Shown here one piece after another: positions 50,187 through 60,420 of a stretch of DNA of 64,000 nucleotides. The notes below the pieces were generated by a model that saw nothing but the letters and a program-made list of their open reading frames with translations, searched no databases and was not told the origin of the DNA. This DNA is from Nitrosopumilaceae archaeon (lineage in GTDB: Archaea; Thermoproteota; Nitrososphaeria; Nitrososphaerales; Nitrosopumilaceae): assembly GCA_965214835.1 (NCBI GenBank), contig CBDCCK010000002.1:1216001-1280000 (forward strand). Reading direction: 5' to 3'. Position numbers and translations under genes: made by a program. The number at the start of each line of letters is the position of its first letter. Position 1 is the first letter of the stretch.

Positions 50187-50770
50187 GCCGCCGAATCATA
50201 CTTTCAGCAGTGGTGGCGGCGGTGCTGCTGCCGGTGCTCCTGCTGTTCGTGCCAGGACAGACGTATGTGGAACACACGCAGACGGCGTTCCCACACACTG
50301 ACAAGACGGTTGCAATACAACACTCCGATGAGGTTGCATTCACGCTTCAGGAACGAGTGAAACACAGCGATCTGGTGATCGAGGGCGTGGTGAGCAACAT
50401 GGCCTCTGTGAAGAAGCAGATGGATCCGGCCGATGACGGCTACTGGGTCTTCACGATCGTCACGGTGAAGGTAAGCGATGTCTTCAAGGGCGAGACGGAT
50501 GAGGGAACCGTAGACGTACAGCTGTATGGCGGGGAAACTGACGACATGATAGCTGTGTTCGATAGGCATGACGTCGGGATCAACGACGATGTCATAATGT
50601 TCCTAGAGAAAAATCCGGACGGCATAGCCGGTGACAGTTATGCCCTGGTCGGCCCCACGTCTGGAATGTATCTGATCGAAGGAGACTCTGCCAAGCACTA
50701 CCACGAGGAAATGTCGCTGACGGCGGGGAGCCTGAGGGATGCAGTCAAGGCAGCACATGGCCTCAACTGA
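50183..50770 (+). CDS. membrane-anchored/secreted protein with TIMP/NTR-like OB-fold pattern
   Basis: N-terminal TM; SDLVIEGVV..T.VTVKV..VFKG..V.LYGG..VIMFL; ATGA overlap with the protease. Confidence 0.65.
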   Translation: MSRRIILSAVVAAVLLPVLLLFVPGQTYVEHTQTAFPHTDKTVAIQHSDEVAFTLQERVKHSDLVIEGVVSNMASVKKQMDPADDGYWVFTIVTVKVSDVFKGETDEGTVDVQLYGGETDDMIAVFDRHDVGINDDVIMFLEKNPDGIAGDSYALVGPTSGMYLIEGDSAKHYHEEMSLTAGSLRDAVKAAHGLN

Positions 50771-50777
50771 GGCATTC

Positions 50778-51332
50778 CTATTTTTTTCTATGCACATAGA
50801 TCCTTTCCGCTACGAGTCCCATGACCACTATGAGCAGGCCCGCTACTAGGGCGCCTGTCAGCGACAGGCCGGCATCCGAATCGGCGCCGGGATCCACCTG
50901 GACGCTTGCAGTCCGGAGTGCCAGCGGCACCAGGCCTGCAATGCCGATCACCACGAACTTCACGCCGCCTAGAATCCGTCTCAACAACCTGTCCTCGTCC
51001 TCCTCTTGCATGCCCGGCAACGCAAGCAGTCCTTTGGGTATTCCAAAGTGCCTGTGTTCGATGCCCTTCTTGGTGATCCTCTTGTAGGTAATATCGACTA
51101 GGCCGATTGACTCCATCTTGTGCAGGTGATGAACCACCAGGTTTGGGCGCAATCCCAGTTTTTTTGCAATTTCGTTTACGTACATCTCGCGGCTGATCAG
51201 CGCCTTGACAATGCTGCGGCCAGACTCGTTGCCAAGTATCTCCCCCAGCACCTTCAGTGACTCGTCCGAAGAAAAAACTTTGATCCTGAGATCCTCGTCC
51301 TTGCCCACGCCTGCATGCCTCAGTCTTCCCAT
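50778..51332 (-). CDS. ArsR-type HTH regulator with two C-terminal TM helices
   Basis: LGNESGRSI..MYVNEIAKKL..LVVHHL.KM..GLV; two hydrophobic helices. Confidence 0.85.
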   Translation of the reverse strand: MGRLRHAGVGKDEDLRIKVFSSDESLKVLGEILGNESGRSIVKALISREMYVNEIAKKLGLRPNLVVHHLHKMESIGLVDITYKRITKKGIEHRHFGIPKGLLALPGMQEEDEDRLLRRILGGVKFVVIGIAGLVPLALRTASVQVDPGADSDAGLSLTGALVAGLLIVVMGLVAERIYVHRKK

Positions 51333-51524
51333 ATGTATCTGACCCGTGGCGGTGCAGACGGCTACGTACGGATCTACAGGCAGGGGGTCATGACTTCAAT
51401 TCTGCCTAGGGGCTATCCTAGCATCTATGTGTCGTGTTTATAAGGATTCCACGCGTAATAGCTTGTTGCATAACTCCGACTAGAGCCCAGCCAATTCTTC
51501 CGGATCACTACCGGCGCTCGGTTC

Positions 51525-52601
51525 CTACACGGCAGCCACCGCCTCTGCGATCCACTTGTTGTACAGCCATATCCTCAACTTTACCTCCTGCACTATATTG
51601 GACCACTTGAGGGCCTTTACGTCCTCGCCAAACATGCGCTTTATGGCCGATATCACGATCTCGACGATCCATCTGATGCCAAAGCCGATCGTGCTCTTCG
51701 GGTACCGCAGGTTTTCCTGCCTCTCCTCCTTTGATAGACTGCCCACCGGCTCCTCGGGGCCGCCCCCGAGCTGCCATCGCACCAGCCGGCCCCACTTGTC
51801 GCCGCTGCCCCTGCCCCTTGCATTGCAGCTTGTCAAAAGCCGTATGAGCGGCCTTATGCAGCACCCATGGCACTCGGCCGCGTTCTTCCTTGAACAGTAT
51901 CCACCGTCCGCAGGCAGGATCCTGCCCGGCATGCTCGGATTCTCGCCGGTACTGATCAGGACCAGCGACGAGATCCCGTCTGCAAGCATGTTGTAGATCT
52001 TGACTGCGTCCGCGGCATCGGGGCAGTCCTGCTGCTACGCATCTTCCCTGATGCTCCTGGTCGCCTCCTCTAGCAGTGTCGGCAGCTCCATGCTGTCGCC
52101 GACTGCCTCGTCTGTGACGGCTACTGCCAGCACCTGCCTGATGTCTGCGTCGATCATCAGGTGCACCTTGACGAACCCGCGCCTTACCTTCCATTTCCTG
52201 CGTATCCACTCTCCCCGGTTGTGCTGCCTGAGGCCCGTGGCGTCGGCTATCATGACCAGGTTCCGGGATTTGTCGCGCACCGTGATCATTCTCTGCAATG
52301 TTGACGTCAAGCTTCTGCATCACCCTGTATATCGCGGTGTAACACGGCGAGTCCATGCCCTTCAGCATCTCCCTGATCATGCCTGACAGCTGCCTGTATG
52401 GTATCATGAATGCGGTCCTGAGCGCAGCCATGGCCATTATCATGCCTTCTGCGTACAGGAACGGGGCGCCTTCCTTGTGGCGGTTGGCATTCTTCAGATC
52501 CTTCTCCCAACCCGAGTCGTACCTGACGGCTAGGCCTGCGCCCCTCTCTACGTACTTCGTTGTCCGTGCGTGTCAACTCGTGCCATACAGGGCACCCTCA
52601 T
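51525..52601 (-). pseudogene. IS5-family transposase, multiple frameshifts
   Basis: IADATGL..GEW..KW..RRGFVKVH; ADGGY; RWIVE..ISAIKRMFGE. Confidence 0.85.
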
Positions 52602-52617
52602 GATCCATTGTTTTTTC

Positions 52618-52709
52618 GTATGTGGTCACGTCCCTTGCTAGCTAGGCGTGAAGATCACAATCATTCATGCTAATTCGTGCCTGACTGGCGGGGGTAGGTG
52701 ACCTCGTAC
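52618..52709. mobile_element. MITE family A
   Basis: 8-bp target duplication gttttttc. Confidence 0.9.
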
Positions 52710-52744
52710 GTTTTTTCGGTCAGGATTAGTAGATCATTTCAGTA

Positions 52745-54460
52745 GACCTTATGCGTAAACGAAATTAGCGGCGATGCCCCCGGCGCACGGGCTACAAATG
52801 AGGCAAGTCAGGGCCGGCGCACGCGCGACTGTACCTTACAACGTTGAAAATATTTGATCAAAACCACAACTATTTTCAGACGATTGATTTAGATCCGGGA
52901 TCCATTCTCGCATAAGAGTAATGGCAAAGTCCGAGACCGAGCAGATACGACTGCTGAAGAAGAGAATCGAGCAGTACGAGAAGGAGAAGGTACAGGACAG
53001 GAAGGAGAAGGCGCGGGACAAAAAGAAGATCAAGAAGTATGAGAAGAGGATCAAGAGGCACGAGAAGAAGAGCAGGCAGGACAGGAAGGAGAAGGCGCGG
53101 GACAGGACGGAGAGGATGCAGTACAGGAAGGAGATCAGAGAGTACGAGAAGAAGAGCAGGCAGGACGGCAGGAGGCAGGAGCGGGATCAGGAGAGGATAG
53201 GGCAGCTGGAACAGCAGCTGGACGCCGAGCGCCGGATGTGGCCCGCAACCTGGGATGACGACAGGCGCTCCGCGGACAACGCCGCCCTCATGCACAGGCT
53301 CGAGGTGCTCGATGACATAATCGGTGGCGGGTCCCTGCAGCCCACCACGTCGATGAACCTCCGCCAGTTTGACTACATATATGACCGGTTTACGAAGCTT
53401 GCCAAAAAGCACACAGAAGGCCCCCTGTTCTCAGAAGACGAGGACAACTTGCCCGGAAACCGGTGCAAGCTGTCCTACCGCCACGCCCTGCTGATGTCGC
53501 TGATGCGCAAGTACGGAAACCCGACACAGGAGCAGCTTGCGGCATTCTTTGGCATAGACCAGAGCACCGTATGCAGGTACCTCAGGTATTGCGACATGAT
53601 ATTCACCAAGATACTGCCCACGCCGGACGCCGTATCGCGAAAGATACGAAACGCCCGCACGATCAAGGAAGTCAAGAAGATCGTCCCGGATCTGACCGTG
53701 ATTGTAGACGGCACGCACATCGACATACAGCGCCCCACAGACAAGGAGCCAAGAAAGGAGGCATACTCTGGCAAGAAGAAGAGCTTTACGCGCAACACCC
53801 AGGTGATTGCCGACAAGAAGGGACTGGCGATGTATGCAAGCAAGTCGGCGCCCGGAAGCACGCACGACCTCACCATGATAAAGAACAACCCACCGGATCT
53901 GGGAATCCTGACTGCCAGGATGCGCAGCAACAGAAAGCACCCCGAGGACGAGAAGGTAAAGATGTTCTCTGATCTGGGATACATGGGAATCGAGGAGGTG
54001 TATCCCGGGGCCACATCCGTGCAGCCCGACAAGAAGCCAAGGAAAGGCAAGCTTACAAAGAAACAGAAAGCGCAGAACAGGAGGATAAGCAGCAAGAGGG
54101 TGACAGTAGAGCACGCCATAGGACGGATAAAGCAGTACAAGCGGATGCGTGATCCGTACGACGGGACCGCCGAGGAGTTCGACAGGGAGTTCCAGGTGAC
54201 GGCCGGGCTTGCCAACTTTAGGCTGCTGTGGGACAAGCGGAACAAGAAGCTCATGCATGGGTTCTGATACCACGATACGGAGCGCATTGCGGCGCCACAC
54301 GATGCCGCACTATACTGTAGTTTTTACCAGCTGTAATGGCTCGTAGCTGCACTATATACGGACTCTGCCGCCCTCATACACGTCATGTGATGCCGTCAGC
54401 CTTGCATGTATGGCCGGCCACCGTCGGAATATTTCGATCCGGTCGATTACGCATAAGGTC
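52745..54460 (+). mobile_element. intact ISL2/Harbinger-like IS (1716 bp)
   Basis: TIR gaccttatgcgtaa, TA flanks, full-length transposase. Confidence 0.9.
52921..54267 (+). CDS. DDE_Tnp_4 (Harbinger/ISL2-like) transposase with charged coiled-coil N-terminus
   Basis: HTH (LAAFFGIDQSTVCR), IVDGTHI, YSGKKK, PGSTHD, DLGY, RVTVEHAIGRIK. Confidence 0.92.
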   Translation: MAKSETEQIRLLKKRIEQYEKEKVQDRKEKARDKKKIKKYEKRIKRHEKKSRQDRKEKARDRTERMQYRKEIREYEKKSRQDGRRQERDQERIGQLEQQLDAERRMWPATWDDDRRSADNAALMHRLEVLDDIIGGGSLQPTTSMNLRQFDYIYDRFTKLAKKHTEGPLFSEDEDNLPGNRCKLSYRHALLMSLMRKYGNPTQEQLAAFFGIDQSTVCRYLRYCDMIFTKILPTPDAVSRKIRNARTIKEVKKIVPDLTVIVDGTHIDIQRPTDKEPRKEAYSGKKKSFTRNTQVIADKKGLAMYASKSAPGSTHDLTMIKNNPPDLGILTARMRSNRKHPEDEKVKMFSDLGYMGIEEVYPGATSVQPDKKPRKGKLTKKQKAQNRRISSKRVTVEHAIGRIKQYKRMRDPYDGTAEEFDREFQVTAGLANFRLLWDKRNKKLMHGF

Positions 54461-54536
54461 TAGTGATTTTCAGTCAAATTCCGAACTTCAGGCAGAATTA
54501 TGCAACAAACTAGATCAGGGTTAGCGATTTGTATTA

Positions 54537-54614
54537 GACTTTATGCGTAATCGATTCAGATCTAGGATTATTACGAACAAATTCATCTCGCTCAGGCCGA
54601 TTACGCATAAAGCC
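54537..54614. mobile_element. MITE family C
   Basis: 78 bp, TA flanks. Confidence 0.85.
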
Positions 54615-54656
54615 TAATTATATGAAAATTATGTCGCACCGGTACATTGTAAGATC

Positions 54657-54920
54657 TTACTTTGAGGCATATCGTTTGCGTTCCTTGGGCGGCAGAAACT
54701 CAAGGAGCTCATCAAATGATTCCGTATGGTGATCTATCCTTTCTTGCGCATAATCCAAGGCGCGCATCACGTTCTCTATCTTGGCCTTTGACGGATCGTT
54801 TTTTGGCGCTATGTATATGGACTCTTTCCCAGCCTGGTAATAGAGATACTTTGCACCCCTTGAGGTCTTGACTGTCAGCGCCATCGTGTTATCGTATAAT
54901 GTGACACCTATTTTAACCAT
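54657..54920 (-). CDS. small basic protein divergent from the integrase (possible excisionase/DNA-binding)
   Basis: VKTSRGAKYLYYQ..SIYIA beta-hairpin motif; position next to the integrase. Confidence 0.6.
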   Translation of the reverse strand: MVKIGVTLYDNTMALTVKTSRGAKYLYYQAGKESIYIAPKNDPSKAKIENVMRALDYAQERIDHHTESFDELLEFLPPKERKRYASK

Positions 54921-54929
54921 TCACAGTCT

Positions 54930-54983
54930 TGCTATCTTAAATTACGACATCTATATATGCTACTATCGTATAATAAGATAGCA
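54930..54983. promoter_or_regulatory. imperfect 18-bp inverted repeat across the divergent promoter
   Basis: tgctatcttaaattacga ... tcgtataataagatagca around ctatatat. Confidence 0.55.
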
Positions 54984-56427
54984 TGAGCACATTCGAAAGT
55001 CTAGACTATTACTGCGATTCTATCCAAAATGCACCCAAGAATGAAATAGGGGATTGCGGCACACCATCCAAGAATGAAGTCGCCGAGAGGCTGACCGATA
55101 TGGGAAACAAGAAACAGACAACACGCCACACTACCAAACATAAAGTCTCAAAAAAGCAACGAATGCTGGCAAACCCGGAGATCAAAAGATGGCATGACAA
55201 TCTGGCTCGAGGCTCGCCGATCACAGCAGAAGTGAGGCTTCGACGCCTAAGCAGGTTCTGTGAGATGCACGACATGACGCCAATGGAACTGGCGGATCTT
55301 GGAACAAAGGATCAAAGAACGGTTACGAATCTCCTTGAGGATCACATCACGCTGATGGAAGAAAAAGGCTATTCTCCGGGATACGTGGAAGACTTTGTCA
55401 AGGCAGTCAAATCATGGCTTGGGCACTTTGATGTGCAAATAAGGCGCAAGCTAAAGGTATCCAATCCTGACTATACGCCCACGCTACAAAACGAGAAAGT
55501 GCCCAATGCGCAAGAGATCTCCGAGGTCTTTGCAAGAGCGTCACTGCGCTCCTCGGTCATGATGTCGCTGATGGCCAAGTCGGGACTAAGACCGGAGGTT
55601 TTGGGAAACCATGACGGGACAGACGGTCTGAAGATGGCCGACATGCCAGACATCGTAATCCATCAGGGTACCGTCAAATGCATCAGAACGCCAAACCAGG
55701 TCGTTATAAGACCCAGCCTGTCCAAGGCAAGGCACCAGTACTTTACATTCCTGACATCGTCGGGAACAAAGAGACTGGTGGCATACCTTAACGACAGGCT
55801 TGCGGCAGGAGAACCGCTCCACGGGGACTCGCCCATAATAGCACCTGACTACATATACAGAACAGGCAGGGGAGCCAACAAAACAAAGGTATGTGGTCAC
55901 GTCCCCCTGTTGACTAGGCATGAAAATCATAGTCATAGATGTCAGTTCGTGCCTGATTGGCAGGGGTAGGTGACCTCGTACAAACAAAGGCATTTCTGCC
56001 GACACGACAGATAAGCAAGGAGATACGCAAGACATTCCGTCCGCGGTTCCAGTGGAGGCCATACATACTTCGCGCATACTTTGATACCGAACTGCTAGTT
56101 GCCGAATCCAAGGGAAAAATCGCGCACGACTTTAGGGTGTTCTTCATGGGACACAAGGGCTCAATGGAGGCAAAATACACGACCAACAAGGGAATCCTTC
56201 CGGAGATACTAATTCAGGAGATGCGCGAGGCCTTCAAGCGCTCCGAGGAGCTACTTGACCTTGAGGCGCAGGATGCCGACCCGATCCTAGAGCAGAAACA
56301 GGACATGCACGATATCATACATGATGCCACGCCAGAGAAGCTTGGCCTGATGCTAGAGATGTTCCAGAAACTGGACATCGGCAAGATGGCAGGCCGGCCC
56401 AGCGGGCAATACCTAGCGACAAGATAG
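54983..56427 (+). pseudogene. tyrosine integrase 3 disrupted by MITE A
   Basis: SGLRPEVLGN, LSKARH, RPYILRAYFDT, FMGHKG..Y; removing 101 nt restores ..NKTK-AFLP.. Confidence 0.92.
55889..55981. mobile_element. MITE family A
   Basis: 8-bp target duplication aaacaaag. Confidence 0.92.
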
Positions 56428-56464
56428 ACGCATTCCTCAAGCGCGGCTGGAGGTTCGTCGCGGG

Positions 56465-56538
56465 TGGACCGGAAGGGATTTGAACCCTTGATCCGATGCA
56501 TGCCATGCACCTATCCTACCAGGCTAGACGACCGGCCC
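56465..56538 (-). tRNA. tRNA-Ala(GGC)
   Basis: Reverse complement gggccgg..ggtgc-atggcat-gcatc..aaggg-ttcaaat-ccctt-ccggtcc-a. Confidence 0.93.
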
Positions 56539-56658
56539 AAATCAGAAAATTCTGACTGATAAATCCTGTGGGAATTGGCTATTAACGTTTAGCGGTTTTG
56601 GAAAATTTCTGTTTGGAGTCAACATAAGATATTTAACCATTAGAAACGTCGTTAATCA

Positions 56659-57504
56659 GTGGTAGTAGACAACAAGGCAACCATAACTTATATTCAAACA
56701 TTAAAAGAGGATCTGGGAATCTTCCGAATTGTTCCAAACGAGGGTGGGGTTCCTGACTTTCGTGCAGGCCAGTTCATCACCCTGGGACTGCCAAACCCCG
56801 CAGAAGACAACAAGATAGTCCGGAGGGCATATTCAATTGCGTCACATCCCGAAAACAAGCAGTACATAGAGCTGGTCATCAGATGGGTAAGAAAGCCACT
56901 TCCGGGAAGGTTCACCACCCAGTTGTTCAATGCAAAGGAGGGCGACGAGATCAGCTGGCTCAAGCCCTCGGGCCTCGCACTGGACATCAACGATACGCTT
57001 CCGGACGGCTCAAAGGACGAAAGGCGCATAGTGTGCATCGGGGGAGGAACCGGCCTGGCACCGTTTGTTAGCTTTGCACAGCATCTACACGATATTGAAG
57101 ACAAAAGGGAGATCATAGTGTTGCACGGGGCAAGCTACGTAGACGAGCTCGCATACAAAGGGCTGCTCAGCGACCTAGAGATTGAAAGCCAGGACAGAGG
57201 CAAGGACAAGTGGAACTTCAAGTACAGGGCTGCAATCAGCAGACCCCAGGAATGGTTTAACAGATCATGGTCAGGCCAGGTGGGAAGGGTCGAGACGTTC
57301 CTGAGAACCAGGGAGGGAGGCAAGTCGCCGCTAGAAGAGCTGGCAGGCGAGGAAATAACCAAGGACAACACGATGTTCTATGTATGCGGATGGCAGGGAA
57401 CCATTGACGGGGTCATGGACTTTCTAAAGCCAAAGGGATTCGTTACGCAGCATGACAAGCGCGGGGACGGAAGCTTTGAGGTAAAGTACGAGTCATACGG
57501 CTAG
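56659..57504 (+). CDS. fpr: ferredoxin-NADP+ reductase
   Basis: FRAGQF, RRAYSIAS, GGTGLAPF, YVCG, ESY. Confidence 0.9.
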   Translation: MVVDNKATITYIQTLKEDLGIFRIVPNEGGVPDFRAGQFITLGLPNPAEDNKIVRRAYSIASHPENKQYIELVIRWVRKPLPGRFTTQLFNAKEGDEISWLKPSGLALDINDTLPDGSKDERRIVCIGGGTGLAPFVSFAQHLHDIEDKREIIVLHGASYVDELAYKGLLSDLEIESQDRGKDKWNFKYRAAISRPQEWFNRSWSGQVGRVETFLRTREGGKSPLEELAGEEITKDNTMFYVCGWQGTIDGVMDFLKPKGFVTQHDKRGDGSFEVKYESYG

Positions 57505-57561
57505 ACTAGAAATTCCATATACTCAATAATTGAAATAGAACGGGTTTTTAGAAAATCTGGA

Positions 57562-58158
57562 ATGGCAACTGCGCTATACCTTGCACATATGAATCCCGTG
57601 ACAAAGGCACACGTGGAAATCATTACCGAGCTAAAGGCAGAGGCAGACAGGGTCAAGATCATGCCCGTAACATTCAGGGACGGGACAAATGAAATCAACA
57701 GTAAAAGCTTTCCGTTCACGTTTGGACAAAGAAGGGAGATGATAAGCGCAGTCTTTGATGATGGGGTGGAGGTGACAGACGACTATACGTTTTTTGCGCC
57801 CTTTAGAAAATACATCCCTCCGCTGCTTGCACCAAAATCATGGCAGCTGCGCAGGCAGATCCTGAGGGGAGTCAGGGGGGACTATTTTACGTACACCGGG
57901 GACAGGGTGGAGGGATACATGCTAAAGATCTACAGGCTAAATCCAAGGGTAGGCAAGAGAAAATCACTTTCTGCAACATCAGTCAAAGACAAGCTGTACC
58001 GGGCAGCCGTAGGGATGGAGGCGGACTGGAAAAACGACGTTCCAGTCAGGGTTGCAGGTATAATTGAGGAGAACTGGGACACGGTCAGAAAGTTTGCAAG
58101 CATTGAGGACAGGACCACGCGCATCGTCGGAATGAAGTTCCCAAAGGACGGATACTAG
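57562..58158 (+). CDS. HIGH-superfamily nucleotidyltransferase-like protein
   Basis: HMNPVTKAH, PFTFGQR, LSATSVK, W..DVP. Confidence 0.75.
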   Translation: MATALYLAHMNPVTKAHVEIITELKAEADRVKIMPVTFRDGTNEINSKSFPFTFGQRREMISAVFDDGVEVTDDYTFFAPFRKYIPPLLAPKSWQLRRQILRGVRGDYFTYTGDRVEGYMLKIYRLNPRVGKRKSLSATSVKDKLYRAAVGMEADWKNDVPVRVAGIIEENWDTVRKFASIEDRTTRIVGMKFPKDGY

Positions 58159-58249
58159 GTAAGAGCTTACCCACTCCCGAAAATACGGCGTGGTGGGCAC
58201 GGTGATCAAGGCCCTGGCTGACAATGTCGCCTATGGAGTAAACTCTTAC
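58159..58249 (+). mobile_element. MITE family B
   Basis: TIR gtaagag/ctcttac; 8-bp duplication gatactag includes the upstream stop codon. Confidence 0.88.
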
Positions 58250-58296
58250 GATACTAGCACAAATAGGTTAATTACGACTGAGTTTCCAGTTGTTTT

Positions 58297-59214
58297 ATGA
58301 TACTGCCGTTCTCAAAATACATGTGGCTGGACGGTAGATTCGTGCCAAAGGACAGGGCCCGGGTTCCAATTACAACGCACGCCATACACTACGGAACGTC
58401 CGTGTTTGAGGGAATCAGGGCCTACTGGAACTCGAAGAATCTGTTCATCTTCCGGCTAGACGAGCACATCAAGCGGTTCAGAAGATCGGGGGAGTTTTAT
58501 GAAATGTCCCTGAGATATACCGATCAGCGGGTTAAAAGCGCAATCATCGGCCTGTGTAAGAAAAACAGTATCAAAAGGTCAGCCTACATCAGGCCCTTTT
58601 ACTTTATAGGCGAGTATGGGATCAGTCTGCACGTTACAAAAAAGGCCCCTACCCACCTGGGAATCTACGCGTTCCCGTTCGGCGACCTGTTTAGCAAGAA
58701 GGGAATTGCCGTCGGGGTGTCCTCGTGGAGAAAGTTCTCAGACACCTCAACGCCTCCACAGGCCAAGATGGGCGGAAACTACCTGAACTCAATCATTGCA
58801 ACCCAGGAGGCAAAAAGGGGCGGCTACGACGAGGCATTGCTGCTGGATCAGAACGGCAACGTCAGCGAGGCTCCAGGCGAGAACATCTTCATCGCAAAGG
58901 GTGGGGAGATCATCACGCCCCCTATAAGCTCCTCTGCCCTGGAGGGGCTGACCAGGGATGCAATAATGAGGGTCGCAGGGGATCTGGACATCAGAGTCAG
59001 CCAGCGGGAAATCCCCAGAAGCGAGCTGTATACTGCAGACGAGATGTTTCTGTCAGGAACCGCAGCGGAGATCACCCCCGTCAGATCGGTAGACCGGAGA
59101 AGGATAGGGAGCGGCAAGGTGGGCACGATCACAAAAAGGCTCATGAACGAGTACGACGGCATAGTAACGAACAGAAATGAAGGCTATGCACACTGGCTTA
59201 CGGCGGTGTACTAG
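58297..59214 (+). CDS. ilvE: second branched-chain aminotransferase paralogue (class IV)
   Basis: HAIHYGTSVFEGIR, AKMGGNY, EAPGENIF, LEGLTR, SGTAAEI. Confidence 0.85.
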   Translation: MILPFSKYMWLDGRFVPKDRARVPITTHAIHYGTSVFEGIRAYWNSKNLFIFRLDEHIKRFRRSGEFYEMSLRYTDQRVKSAIIGLCKKNSIKRSAYIRPFYFIGEYGISLHVTKKAPTHLGIYAFPFGDLFSKKGIAVGVSSWRKFSDTSTPPQAKMGGNYLNSIIATQEAKRGGYDEALLLDQNGNVSEAPGENIFIAKGGEIITPPISSSALEGLTRDAIMRVAGDLDIRVSQREIPRSELYTADEMFLSGTAAEITPVRSVDRRRIGSGKVGTITKRLMNEYDGIVTNRNEGYAHWLTAVY

Positions 59215-60150
59215 ATGAGGATTGCACAGATAGGAACAGGCGGGTGGGGCAAGAACCATGCAAGAATCCTGTCGCAGCTGGGTGTCCTGTGCGCGATCTG
59301 CGACGCAGACCAGCAAAGAGGCAGAGAGTATGCGCACAAATACTCCGTCAGCCAGTACAGCTCAGCTGATGAGCTGCTAAACAGCGAGGAGTTTGATGCA
59401 GCGCTTGTGTGCACGCCGACATCGACGCACCATGACATTGCAACGCAGCTGCTTGATGCAAAAAAACACGTGTTTGTCGAAAAGCCGCTTACATACGACT
59501 CTGCAGAGGGCGAAAGACTGCTGGAACTTTCCGCAAAAAACAGGGTCGTCCTAACGTCAGGATATATCGAGCGGTTCAATCCTGCAGTGGACATTGTAAA
59601 GGACTTTGTTGCGACAAAAAAGTATGGCGAACTGGTCATGCTAGAGTTCCACAGGGAGAACAGGATGCCGCTGCACATCAAGGATGTCGGAATCATCTAC
59701 GATACTGCAGTACACGACATTGACACTGCGATGTGGCTGTTTGAGGAGGCCCCGAATGTGGTTTTTGCCAGGGCCGGGCAGATAAAGCACGAGCATGAGG
59801 ATTTTGCGTCAATCATGCTGGGATTCGAAAACGACAGGGTCGCAATTATCTCATCAAACTGGATTACGCCGACAAGGATAAGAAGGCTCGATGCGGTGTG
59901 CACGGACGCCATAATTTCGTCGGACTTTATCACCCAGGAGGTCAGGGTGGAAAAAAAGGAGGAGACCGAAGTGCCAAGAAACGAGAAAAAGGAGCCGTTA
60001 CTGCTGGAGATTCAGAACTTTATAGACGCCATAAGGGGTGAGGCCGAGCTTAGGGTCAAGCCCCGGCAGGCGGTAAACGTGACAAAAATCGCCGAAGCTG
60101 CACTTTTATCAAGCAAAAAGGGAACCCCAATCTATCTGGAGTTAAAATGA
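59215..60150 (+). CDS. Gfo/Idh/MocA oxidoreductase (nucleotide-sugar dehydrogenase-like)
   Basis: GTGGWG, VFVEKP, ERFNP, DTAVHDID. Confidence 0.9.
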   Translation: MRIAQIGTGGWGKNHARILSQLGVLCAICDADQQRGREYAHKYSVSQYSSADELLNSEEFDAALVCTPTSTHHDIATQLLDAKKHVFVEKPLTYDSAEGERLLELSAKNRVVLTSGYIERFNPAVDIVKDFVATKKYGELVMLEFHRENRMPLHIKDVGIIYDTAVHDIDTAMWLFEEAPNVVFARAGQIKHEHEDFASIMLGFENDRVAIISSNWITPTRIRRLDAVCTDAIISSDFITQEVRVEKKEETEVPRNEKKEPLLLEIQNFIDAIRGEAELRVKPRQAVNVTKIAEAALLSSKKGTPIYLELK

Positions 60151-60416
60151 GAAAAGAACTGCTGGAGATCTTGGCATGTCCTATAGACAAGCACCACCCG
60201 CTGGAGCTACACGAGTGCAAGACAAGGGGGGACACAATAGTGGAGGGCGCGCTTTACTGCCCAAAATGCTCCAGATTCTTTGCAATAATGGAGGAGATCC
60301 CAATCATGATGCCCGATGACCTGCGGGACAGAAACCACGAGATGGGCTTTCTTGAGAGCAACAGGGAAAAACTGCCGGATAAGATAATAAAGCAAGCATC
60401 GCCATGGCATCTGTAG
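60147..60416 (+). CDS. trm112: Trm112 methyltransferase activator
   Basis: LEILACP..EGALYCPKC..IPIM. Confidence 0.88.
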   Translation: MRKELLEILACPIDKHHPLELHECKTRGDTIVEGALYCPKCSRFFAIMEEIPIMMPDDLRDRNHEMGFLESNREKLPDKIIKQASPWHL

Positions 60417-60420
60417 GATC

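Larger units (their letters stand above)
51461..54510 (-). mobile_element. IS5-family IS containing MITE A and an intact ISL2/Harbinger-like IS
   Basis: TIR gcttgttgcataa / ttatgcaacaaac. Confidence 0.75.
39760..56464. mobile_element. composite genomic island at the 3' end of tRNA-Ala(GGC)
   Basis: Integrase abutting the tRNA, a second integrase pseudogene, a 12-bp copy of the tRNA 3' end at 43264-43275, dense IS and cargo; left boundary approximate. Confidence 0.7.

Noticed and set aside
45096-54267. Near-identical long repeats as a diversity-generating retroelement
   Set aside because: They are copies of one IS; no reverse transcriptase and no adenine-specific variation pattern
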